Source of the DNA: Rhynchobatus australiae
Lineage: Eukaryota
Direction: 5' to 3'
DNA: 64,000 nucleotides
Assembly (NCBI GenBank): GCA_034780895.1
Contig: JAUZTB010000064.1
Location: 101,124,409 to 101,188,408, forward strand
Positions 11,631-23,300 of this stretch are shown piece after piece. Under the pieces are notes generated by a model, which ran no database searches, was not told the origin of the DNA, and saw only the letters and a program-made list of their open reading frames with translations. How positions within the stretch are numbered: position 1 is the stretch's first letter; every line of letters starts with the position of its first letter. Both the position numbers and the translations under genes were made by a program.

Positions 11631-12441
11631 GTGAGTCTTTTAATCATTGTTTCAGGGTGTTGCAAATTCAGCTTTTTGGCTCTTATTCAAGCTTTCTGAA
11701 ATAAAACACGAGGCCAACATGAGCAGGGTAGTTTAATGGTTAAATTGTTCCGCGCAAGCCCATTTTTATTCAGTTTATCTTGTAAGACGAGGAGGCGTGT
11801 TGTTACTTGAACTACTTGTTTGCAAAATTAAATGTGCCGAAGGTCCTTTTGTGGAGCTGGATCTTTGTCTTGTCATTTGCTGGGAGCAGCGCAGGATTCC
11901 CTCCCTTAACCACTCCCCTCATTTAATTAGAGCTCAGTTTCAATCCATCGTGATGTCACTTTTCACAAAGAACCCGACGATTGAAATGTACAAAAAAAAG
12001 AAAGTCAAGGAGAACATCTAATATTTAGAATTAATAGTAGAAACGCTTAGAAACAAAATACATGACCTCATTCATTGGTTATACAAGCTTAATTTAAAAT
12101 GTGACATGTTTTTTTTTAATTTTAAAAGTCTTACGCTTTGTGAAGTTGCTATGCAATTTTTTACATGCTGTTTTCAAGAGGACGCAACACATTGCAATTG
12201 TTGGTACAGTATAAGGATGAGATGTTTGTCATTGTGTTATTTGCTGAGCTTTAATATGGTCCATCCTTTTTAAAAGGAAATTGATGACCAGGTGCCAAAA
12301 AAAGTTTGAATTTGTATCAAGACTAATAGGGAGAGGGTGTACTTAATTTGTTGCTCATAGATAATGGCAATGATCTGATTGTTTAATTTGACCCTGTTGG
12401 ATTTGTAAAAAGTCAGTGTAAATGGACATACTTAATGGATC

Positions 12442-12593
12442 ACACAGGGCTCTGGAGAGTTACAAAGGTAGCCAGAAGGGAGCTTAAGAATGGATTTAGG
12501 AGAGCTAGGACAGGCCATGAGAAGGCCTTGGCAAGTAAGATTAAGGAAAACCCCAAGGCATTCTACACCTATGTGAAGAATAGGAGGATGACT
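12442..12593 (+). mobile_element. CR1 ORF2 fragment ending at N gap
   Basis: HEKALASKIKENPKAFYTYVK motif in ORF 12435..13112. Confidence 0.8.
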
Positions 12594-12654
12594 NNNNNNN
12601 NNNNNNNNNNNNNNNNNNNNNNNNNNNNNNNNNNNNNNNNNNNNNNNNNNNNNN

Positions 12655-13515
12655 TTGGCTGCGCCCAGCTTCAGGGCGTCCCTCAGCACGTACTCCTGCA
12701 GCCTGGAATGTGCCAGTCAGCAGCATTCCCCTACGGACATCTCAACTGCTGGGAGACCAACAATTTTCGGGCTGACCAAAGGGCATCTTTCACCAAATTG
12801 ATGACCCTCCAGCAGCAGTTGATGTCTGTCTCTGTGTGCGTCCCCAGGACCAACCTGCAGATCAGAGAATCTTCTGTTATGCAGCTGCTGGGGATGAACT
12901 GGGAGAAGGACCCCTGCATCTTTTGCCACACCCTCCTCCCAAACCCACACTCCACCAAGGGGTGGGTGACCATCTCGTCCTCAGCGCAGTCCTCCCGGGG
13001 GCAGCGCGCACTGGGAATGATGCCCCAACCATGCAGGAGGGATCTGACTGGGAGGGCCCCTCTCACTGCCAGCCAAGCCAGGTCTTGGGTGCTTGTTGGT
13101 GAGTTCCGGTGATGAGGCATTCTGCCAGATGGTCTGGCCAGTCTGCTCAGGGAACCACCCCACAGTGTCAATCAAGTCCTTCTCCTGCAGTGTCTGCAGG
13201 ATGTTGCATGCTGACCACTGCCTGATGGACTTGTGGTCAAAGGTGTTGGTTCAGAAGCACTTCTCCACAAAGGACAGGTACTGTGGCAATATCCAGCTGA
13301 CTGGGGCATTGTGTGGCCACGGGGCCAGACTCATCCTTCGCAACAGCCAGAACAGGTAGAACCTTGTACGTAGTGGCACTTGGTGCCCACATACTTGGGT
13401 TCCACGACCAGCCTGATGCAGCCACAGATGAAGGTGGTCATCAGGATGAGGGCGACACTGGGGACACCTTTACCCCCATTGTCCAGGGACTTGTGAATCG
13501 TGACCCGTTGGACCT
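12655..13515 (-). mobile_element. L1/Tx1-type LINE ORF2 C-terminal fragment
   Basis: Minus ORF 12731..13171 has DLAWLAVRGALPVR, a CCHC knuckle CPREDC-x7-H-x4-C and KDALWSAR; GC-richer than flanks. Confidence 0.8.
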
Positions 13516-13516
13516 G

Positions 13517-13763
13517 TGTTATTATGTGTTGTTTTGTAGTTATAATGAAGAACTACAGCTCCCAGTAGGCAATGCATGAGGGACCAGGAAGTGACTGTGA
13601 GTAAGTAAGCAAGCTGTGTAAACAAACAGGATGAGTTAGACTCTGTGTTGCAGTCTGGAGCAGCAACTGTACAGTTAAGATGTATTTTGTGTTATATTAA
13701 GAGAGTTCAGAAGTTTAAAAACCCATGCCAAGTTTTGTCTCTTAATGAAGAACAAACATAACA
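13517..13763. mobile_element. Solo LTR-like element
   Basis: 247 bp bounded by TGTTAT...ATAACA (TG..CA with short inverted termini); no clear target-site duplication. Confidence 0.55.
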
Positions 13764-13764
13764 C

Positions 13765-14108
13765 ACGGTATTTATAAAGCTTTGAAATTTGCATCACCTG
13801 GCCTTTCCTAACAATGACTGTGAACAAGCTATTGCCCTAACACACTAATGAAGGTCTGAGACCTTGGTAAAAGTTATGAGAACTCAAATCTCTTGGGGTG
13901 CCCAAACTTTTGCATGGTGCTCCTTTCCTTTTTTTTCCACTCTAAAATTGTACAAATCAAAAACAATACACTAATCTTGCTTAAAGTGTTGAAAAGAATG
14001 TTTCATCTTTAACTTTGACTTTTGGAGATCAGTTTATCTTCTAGTCACTTAACTATTCACAGTAACAGAAATTTTGACCAGGGGTGCCCAAACTTTTGCA
14101 TGCCACTG
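13765..14108 (-). mobile_element. Tc1/mariner IR/DR-type transposon end
   Basis: 22-bp direct repeat ggggtgcccaaacttttgcatg at 13895-13916 and 14081-14102; terminus cactg followed by TA (14109-14110). Confidence 0.8.
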
Positions 14109-14150
14109 TATGTGGTCAGAAGCTCATCCCAAGGATGAATACCAAACCTA

Positions 14151-14418
14151 AGACAAGATATCTTTATTAGTCACATGTACGCTGAAACACACAGTGAAAT
14201 GCATCTTTTGAGTAGTGTTCTGGGGGCAGCTCGCAAGTGTCGCCACTCTTCCGGTGCCAACATAGCATGCCCACAACTTCCTAACCTGTACGTCTTTTGG
14301 AATGTGGGAGGAAACTGGAGCACCTGGAGGAAACACACACAGGCATGGGGAGAATGTACAAACTCCTTACTGACAACGGGTCACTGGCGCTGTAATAGTG
14401 TTACACTAACCGCAACAC
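14151..14418 (-). mobile_element. V-SINE (second tail type)
   Basis: Highly similar to 7930-8213 (aagatatctttattagtcac...catgcccacaacttcctaacc) followed by V-domain. Confidence 0.85.
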
Positions 14419-16989
14419 TGGAAGATGGGCAGCTTTCATGGAGAAAGTGAAACAGAGTTAATGTTTCGGGTCACTGATGTCTTCTTCAGAACTGGATTCT
14501 CTGTTGACAGATGCTGCCTCATGCTGAGTATTTCTAACATTTTCTATTTCAATTTTGCATCTCCAGGAGTCAGCTGGCTAGTAAGTAGTTGGTGGCAAAG
14601 ATTGTATGACTAAGATTTAGAGCGGGTTTGATAAAGTAGACACAGAGAAGATGTTTTGTGGAGGAATGAAGAATTAAGATTGAACTTTGAAGCCTGTACT
14701 TTTCAAGAAAGAATTAACTAAAGTTCATAGGAATCAGCATATAAAATGGCATTGAATCAGGAAGTTGCACATTTTTAAGGAAAAAAAATGTAGGAATCAG
14801 TGTAGCTGTAGAACGTGATTAGAATCTCAGGAAGTAAGTGCTTGGGGCCAAGGACAGGTTTCTCATTTGTATAAATTGGGTAATTAATTCAATTAAGTAT
14901 AAAGATAATGCATTTAGTGACAATAGGAAAAGCAGTGAACATCATGGATGGAACCAAAGATTTCCAGTTTAATTCATTTATGGAATAAGGACATTGGCAA
15001 AGATGGCATTTATTGCCCTTGAGAAGACAAAGATGAGTTACCGCTGTGTTCCATCTGACTAAGGTACTTCCACATTGTGTGGAGAGTTTTTGGATTTTGA
15101 CCCAGCAACAATGAAAGATTGGAGATGCATTTCCAAGTCAGCATAATGTACAACTTGGGTGTTAGTAGGTGATGATGTACCGATGCACCTTGGCCTTTTT
15201 GGTGTAGAGTTTGGGGAGATGCTGTTGAGGTAACATTGGAGAGTAACTGCAGTCGCTTGGTAGATGGTACACCTTATAACGATGGGTTCCTTTGTCTTGA
15301 GTCTCATCACTATTGTTAGAGCTGCACTCAACAAAGTAAGTGGTGAATATTCCATCACACTCTCAACATGAGCTTCTGTGATGATGGAATGGCTTTTTAT
15401 GTCACGAGGTGAGTCATTTGCTGCAGATTCTCAGCCTCTGACCAATTGTGTGACATGCAAACCAATAATGGAACAAAGATCGTCCGTAAATACAAACAAG
15501 TTCAGGATTGCAGCCCATGTCATCCAAATGTGGAAGCCCTGAAGTTGTTGAAACTCTGCCTGTTGGGGAACATGGTCCCGGATCCTGCAGCTTGTCTGAT
15601 TTGGTGTACGATGCATTAGCCCATTTATTTCAATAACAATTATACAACTGCAAGAAAGAAGAATGTTGCATTTTTTTAATTACTGGTTCTTAAATTTTGT
15701 ACTTCTGGTTTTTAATTATTTCACTTCTTGTTTTTGAAAGCTTCTTTTTGTCACGGTAACAAAAGGTAACTAATTTGGCCATTAATTGAGTGGTGCTCAG
15801 AACTATTTCAGTGGTTTTTGTTCCTGCCCAGCAGGTGCTGGGAATGAAAGTCAAAATGGTCTTTTACTTGAGATCTTGCTGACTGCATTACTGATAGGGA
15901 AGCAATTACAAATACTGAGTGTGCTTTCCACAGTTGCTTAGATCACTGGTAATCGTCATGCAGTGACTCCTGTACTATGATTCTCTTCATCTTCTTGGAA
16001 GCCTTGAACACCTAAAGCAGAATGGTGTACAAATAGTATATGGCATCGTGTATATCTGGGTTAAAAGATATGGTAAGATACACAGCCAGGCCTACTTGCA
16101 ATCCAAGCTCTTCATACCCTCTGTATATTCTTGTTTATCTATTAACTTGAGCAGTTCCAGGACTATTGGCACCTTCCAATATATGTATTGAAGAATGAGA
16201 TCTATAATTCCAACTGGTACAGAAAACTTGTTTTTATATAGTATCTAGACACGCGGTTGAGATATCCATATTTTTGAAATACATGTCTTCCCCCTCCCCC
16301 CAACCCCAATTACAGCTGTTTGGGTTATGGAAATTTGACTAAAGATCAGCGACACAGAATAAAATTCGTTATTACATCATTGGTAGGGAAAAAATAAACA
16401 CAAAATGTGAAATTGTCTATTTTTTTCAACTAGTTTCTTCATGCACGCACAGGTAAAGTGGCAGATTTTTTTTTAGCACAGTGTGCTGTCCAGCAGTTTT
16501 TTCTGCCAAGAATTTTCCATATTTGCCCTCTAGATACCTGAAATGGAGCCAGCAAGTTTAAGTGCAAGTTGTAAACCTAAATAACCATTGTTATTTGTTG
16601 TGAGTTATATCATGGGACTATTTATATATAACAGTGTAGGTCTCCCTTCAAACAGAAGGCTGGAAGGTGATGAACATCTGCAGTCACTTGTATCTCCAAA
16701 AGCAGCTGCTGGCCACTTAAGAGATTGGAAACTGACAAGTGCCTCCCCCACTGTGAACCAACAGCTATGGTACCATCGTCGTTACTGTTGGGAGAAATGC
16801 ATCCCATAGGAACGCATCTCCACAGGTAACATGGGATTCAATGGGAAATAGTTTCTTGTTATGGTAACTTGCATTATGAACTGTTTTCTAGCAATGCAGC
16901 TTCTACATAACATAGGGGCTTCCTGTATAAGTAACTACATTTAGTAAGCCAGTGATGCAGGCAAGTTGCGTACATTGTACAAAGGCAGA

Positions 16990-17150
16990 TGATGTCTCAT
17001 TTTAACACCTACATCAGAAAGACAGTCTCTAAAAGTGCAGCAATCAGTCAGCATTGCCCTGATGCGTCAAGTTTGATTATGCACTCATGTCTGGAGTGGA
17101 ACTGAATCTGCAGCCCCCTAACTCCAATGAGTGTGTTATCGCTAGGTCAA
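16990..17150 (-). mobile_element. Deu-domain SINE remnant (SacSINE1/AmnSINE-like)
   Basis: catcagaaagacagtctct...agtgcagca...gattatgcactcatgtctggagtggaactgaa resembles the reverse Deu-domain consensus as recalled. Confidence 0.6.
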
Positions 17151-19821
17151 GGTTGCCACCTCAGTGGTTAAGTAAGCTGCAGCCAATGGAAATATTCTGT
17201 CAATATGCATGATCATGTACAATTGTTTTCTTAACGGGCACAGTGGATGGGTTACAAGTACAGTTTTGAGGCTTGAGTTTAAAGTACTGCTGCAAAATCA
17301 GTAATTCCATTCCACTGACCCTTACACTTTAATTGTTTTTAATAAACCTGGAGCATTATATGTACCTTCAATAATGTAGTCAGTCAGTGTGGTTGGACAG
17401 TTGAAAATACCAGGAGAGTACAAAGTACTTCACGTTTCAAATAGTCTCATTGACTATACAAAGGGTTTATTGATCACCATGGGCTGTTGCATTATTTTGC
17501 ACAAAATCATTTGTATTCATGAGTACGTTTTCAATCTAATGAAACATTCCAAGAGCAAGAGAGTTCTACTGGACCAAAGGGGAATAATAAAACAGGTGAA
17601 AACAGTAGGTTCTAAAGGAAGATTGTGAGAAGAGTTTTCGGGAAGGCAATTCTTCAACACAGGGCCTTGGTAGCTGAAGGCATGGGCACAGATGGTGGAT
17701 TGATGATGATAATAGAGGATGGGCAGGAGGCCAGAACTGAAGGACGTGGCGATCTTGTCATGATAGGGGTCAGAGCTATGAAGGGGCAAGAGTATGGAGT
17801 GGCGTGCGCACGTGGATGAGAATTTTTCAACTGGCAAGTTACTGCATCGGGAGCCAATGTAGTTCAATGAGTGCAAGAGTGAACTCGTCCTTTGAGACTT
17901 CCTTTTGTACTGGGCAAAAGGTTTCTTGCAGAAGTCTAAATAGTAATGACATCACAATTCTATTCATAGACCAATATAAGCTGTTGNNNNNNNNNNAGAA
18001 AATTACACTAACAAGTCATGTCAGCTTAACATTGTGGGCTGAAGGGCCTGTAGTGTTCTATGTTCTAAAGAGTAAAATTTCAAATGAGACCCATGGAATT
18101 CTCTCTCTGTTAGGAGAGAGGAAAAAATGGCTTTGGTTTAGACCCGAATTAGGTGATTCCTTAAAGATTCAATTGTTTTTATGGAACTCCATTTAAAAGT
18201 ACTCGAGTGCCTGGACCTCTGTGGTATAGATATGTTTGAAGATATGATGAAGAAAATGGAAAAGTAGAGACGTTCTCAATTTGTATTACAGTTTAACGAC
18301 AATTGCAGTCTCAGAGTGGCGTCTGGGGAGGTGAGATTACAGATCGTGAGCAGAAAGAATGTAGTGTCAGTTTAGTGGTTCAGATCCATTTCCTCTTGCA
18401 CATGGATCCTGAATTCTTTTCAAATTATAAAGGGAAAGGTGCAAGCTGCAACTTGGTCTCGTGTCTCAGATTAATAGTGCTTCAAAGCAACAGTTTGCAT
18501 TTGTATAGCATCTTTAATGTAATTAAACGTCCCAGGTTGCTTGGCGAGCCATTTTAAATTTAATGACATTTACATGATTCTTTGCATGCACACTTTGACT
18601 CTATCTCAGGAGCTGCATGCATTATGGAACCTAATTTAAGTGACAGATGCAGTATTCAGTTGAGCGATGCGTGAAATTGTGCTGCAAGAACAGTTTAAGG
18701 ATTTCTTCAGACGCAAGATTTTGCTGATAGTGAAGAAGATTAAATAACCTAGCAAATAAGACTGCCATTTTGTGTCCTCGCCATCATGAATGAGCAACTG
18801 GGAACCTGAGAATGCAGGTAGATAGAATGGCAGTAAGGTTGATGATCTGGGTTGATCAGCTTCTGCTGGTGCAGAGAAACTGATCATTGTGTCTTTGCCA
18901 AGTAAGTTTCATGTTTTCATTGATGCAAAATGAAACATAACCAAGTGGTATGGGGGGAACAAAAGGCTTCGTAGGACTATTGCAAGGATGGACTGCTTTT
19001 GTTGGATGCAAAACTTAGGAATTTATGAGAAATGGATAGAAAGAAGAGGATGTAATTCTTGCACCTGGTAAATGTGAGCATGTTCAAGAACAGACCTATG
19101 CAGGCTGTCCTGATAATACAACTGTATAATCATGCATAAATGTGAAGACCTTGTGTATTCATTGTTTGTAAAGGATTGAAGTCTCACCCAAGATACAGTT
19201 TAACTGGGATATTCCTTCTAAAGTGAATTGAAGGAGTTTTGTATTCATGTTAATTGGGCTCAGCACATTGATGCAATCATGAAGAAGGTATGTCAGAGCC
19301 TCTACTTTCTTAGGAGCTTAAGGAGACTTGGCATGTCACAAAATACTCTAACTTCTACAGAGGGACTGTTGAAAGTATCCTGATTGGTTGCANNNNNNNN
19401 NNNNNNNNNNNNNNNNNNNNNNNNNNNNNNNNNNNNNNNNNNNNNNNNNNNNNNNNNNNNNNNNNNNNNNNNNNNNNNNNNNNNNNNNNNNNTTACTCTC
19501 TATTTTCTCTCTACATTTCCTCTTCAGTCAACAGTGGTTTTGCAGAAGCCTTTGCTCACGTTTCACCTTGCAGCTTGCTGAACTGAACTTTGAGAACTAT
19601 TCCTGGACTTGGAGTTTGGGAATTTGCCACACGCACACATACACTTCGCATTTAGTTTTTGGGGTTAATGTTTAATATCTAACATTTTTACTTTTATTTT
19701 TCTTATTACCAAAAGTAGTTATTAACAAAATAGTTTTTAACACTTATACATGGCTCGGTGAGTTCCTTTTGTTGCTAGTACGTAACACTATGCATAGGAA
19801 TGTAAAAGGCTGCATGTAAAA

Positions 19822-20312
19822 GTAGTGAATGCAACCTTGTCCATCATGGGTATGCCCCTCCCTACCATTGACAGCATCTACAGGAGGCGCTGCCTCAAGA
19901 AGGTGGCATGTATTATCAAGGAAGCCCACGATGCCGCCTTCTCCCTGCTACTGTCAGGCAGGAGATATAAAGCCCTAAAGTCCCACACCACCAGATTCAG
20001 GAACAGGTACTTTCCCACAACTATCAGGTTCTTGAACCTACCTGCACAACCCTAACCCTACCTCAGCAACAGAACACCACCGACCACCTCTTGCACTACC
20101 ATGGACTTGTCTTGGATTGTCTTTGTTTGTTTTGCACAAAGGTCTTGTGTTTGAACAGTCTTTTTTTCTTTTTTCACTGTATGATATAATTTTATGTATA
20201 ATTAGTATTCTGTGTGTTATCTGTACTTGTATGCCTGTGATGATGCTGTAAGCAAGTTTTTAATTGTACTGAACCTTGCTGTATTTGTGCACGTGACAAT
20301 ACATTTGACTTG
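19822..20312 (+). mobile_element. Rex1/Babar 3' fragment
   Basis: ORF 19825..20055 CLKKVACII...SGRRYKAL...RFRNRYFP; tail gtgcacgtgacaatac. Confidence 0.8.
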
Positions 20313-23300
20313 AATAATCGGAATGATTNNNNNNNNNNNNNNNNNNNNNNNNNNNNNNNNNNNCCGGGCTGGAAGGAAGACCTAAACTTGAGATGAATCA
20401 GGCCACTCAGCTGCTTTGACTACATTTGCAGCCATATTCCCATCCCGGTACATTAAGAGAACCCTGTTGCTTAGATCCCAAGCACAGCAGAAGTGTGTGG
20501 AAGAGCAACAAGTCCCCTTGAGTGTGCCACTTAGTACCCTGCTCTTAAGGGAGTCATGGGTAGTGCTCATCAAACAGGATTGAGAGCGCTGACAGAAAGC
20601 TAATGAGAGAGACTAAGGAGCACAAGAATACTGAGCTAGCATCTTTGTTTGATTTGTGCGTATTCCCATGCAAGGTGTATGTTATTGATCTCTCAGGGAT
20701 GCCTACTACAGGACTCAAGTTTACGTTACACTGGAAGAACCCAAGGCCACATTATTAATCCTGTGGCTCAGCCCAGACAGGTGTTTGGCTCGGCAGCAGT
20801 TGAACAAAATGGGTGAGGCCAATCTTAATGGGTTTTGTCAGTTCAGCAAAAAACAGCCAATGAAATCCTGCAGTAAGAAAAGGACTTGCCTTTGCATCTG
20901 GTTTAATGAAAGGCTAGTTTCTAAACTTTCCTCAAAATTGGTAATGTAAAGAAAGGTGATATTGTTTTTTGGCTCTCTAGGTCACCTCCACTGTAACTTT
21001 ACTAATTCAGTTCCATAAGTTAATACTTTTAAAGCCAAAATGGTTGAAGATATTGATGGCACAGTAGAAGCATCAATGGATCAATCGCAAGGGTCATGAA
21101 GATCAAATCTGAGAAAAAGGAGAAAGACAAACCACTTCAGTGCTGAAACAAAAACACAAACCCCAGGCATTCATTGGATGTGAAAACCTTGGTGACCTAT
21201 TGATCATACTACCATGACTATCATTTTTTTCTAATGGTATGAGCTTTTCAGAAAATAGTTAATTTATTTAAAAATACAATAATTACAGAGAATCCACATT
21301 GTATCTACTCGTACTAATTTACTCCTTGAATGTTGAGATGACCTGAAGTGGCTTATGGAATGTTTCTTCTAATTGGATGACTTGCATTTGCTCATTGCAC
21401 AAGTGCAACTTGTGAACCTCAACAGCTGGAAAAATGTTTATTTTGAAAGAAAGTTTGTGGAGTCAACAGTTAATGCCTGAGGAATTAGAGGACTAACAAA
21501 TAGTTCCAAGACTGAGGAAGTGAATGTGAGTAAGTTAATCAAAGAAAAATACAGGGAAGGAAAGATTGTATTTACAGCTTTTTTTAAAAAAAAAAGTAGC
21601 AAAAGAAAGATAAAACCTCAACTTGTAAAAATGGCATTCAAATCTTGGGCTTCATTTCACTAATTGAGTGAAACTGCACAATTCAAATTATTCACTTTGA
21701 AACTCTGAGAAGCTAATTGCCAGTCTTTAATAATTTTGCTATTATTCAAAGTTCCTTGAACTATTGCAAGACTTGACTTTTAGTGACAAGCTTAATGAAG
21801 AGTTAATGTTCAAGTGTAGCCACCTTATGACATACAGGGTGGTTAATTGCAAGATGCAATTTCTACTCAGCTAACAGCCAAGGGAAGCAAATAGTCTGGC
21901 AGCTTGCGGCAATTCATAAATCATTAAATATGTCTTTCAATGGTTTTCGCATTAATAAATATATGCATCATTTGCAGATTTTTTTTCTCTTTTCCCCCAG
22001 ACAGTTTTGTCTGAGATTTAAGTTCTCCTGCAGTTAGAAAACATTTTGTTCATCTAAAAAGGTATCTGAGAAGTAATTATCACCTGATATCCAGCTGTGA
22101 CTGAGGCTCTGATTTGCTTGCAACACAATTATGTGAGAAATTAAGGGACAGTATTTTTAGCACACACTGAAGGAATTAATCTAGTGCAACCCAGTTCATT
22201 ATACCTTTTCACTCAGTTTGTCAGGTAATTGCTTCCTCAGCTAAGGTTTCAGTTATATCCTCCCTGATCAGTTTTGCATTTGTTCACAAGTTAAGAATAT
22301 GCAGCTTGTACTAATAGATGTATAGATCATTCAATTGTAAATTGTAATGGAAATAGCCATTGTGATGGACTTGTTCTAGGAATGTTTAATGTTGGTGATT
22401 AGTTCACTAAGTTGTGTTGACCTCTTGGTGAGATTTTGGTATTTTGCAATAAGACCATGACATTTTGTAGACTTGTCACATTACTAGTTATCCAACTTGG
22501 TTATTGCTGTAGCACATTTCAATAGCTATATGAACTGCATAACTAACTGCAGTTTTGCAAATTCTGTTCCCAATTTAAAGTTCTCAAATAGAATTGTTAG
22601 AATCATCTCCTCTGTTACACTTCACCAAATTGTACTGAATTTTTTTTCTCATGCTATCCTATGAAAGAGAGATGTTTCCAATCATAGCAACGTAGAAAAT
22701 TAGCCCTTTGGGCTTGCTCCACCATTCATTGTGACCACGATTAATCCTCTAGCTCTGTATCTTATTCCTGCTCTCTCCTTTAACCCCTTGATGCCTTTTT
22801 GTGTCTAGAAATCTATCTCCTTCTCAAATATATACAGTGACTTGGCTTCCATGGCATTCTGTGGTGGAGAATTATGTTGGTTCACTACCCTCTGAGTGAA
22901 GAAATTTCTAATAAACCTAAATATCTTTACATAACACCATAAGAAATATAACTGGGTTTAGGCCATTATTCCTCCCCCCCCCCTCCCCCCCCCATCTTCA
23001 ATGCAATAAAATCATGGTCAATCCAAGTTCCCTCCTGTAAAACACTTTCCCGCTCCACTCCAGTAGCCCTTAGACTATGAATCCTGATTCTAGACCCACA
23101 GTCAGGGTAAACACCATCATTGTATCCACAATATCAAGCCTTGTCAGAATTTTGTATATTTCAATGAGATCTCCTCACTCTTCTATGGAATCATTTTTTG
23201 TGTTATTTTAACTTTCATTCCCAGCAGTTGTCAGTCATAGAGTCATAGATTTAATTTTTGATCAAGTTAAATTCCCCAGAACATTTTTAATGCAGGTGGT

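Larger units (their letters stand above)
11070..11640 (+). promoter_or_regulatory. CpG island / AP1AR promoter and 5' leader
   Basis: Abrupt GC- and CpG-rich block in a CpG-depleted background, directly ahead of the AP1AR start codon; GC box ggggcgggg at 11308-11316. Confidence 0.85.

Noticed and set aside
12435-13112. 225-aa ORF
   Set aside because: Artificial fusion of a CR1 fragment, an N gap and the antisense strand of a Tx1 fragment
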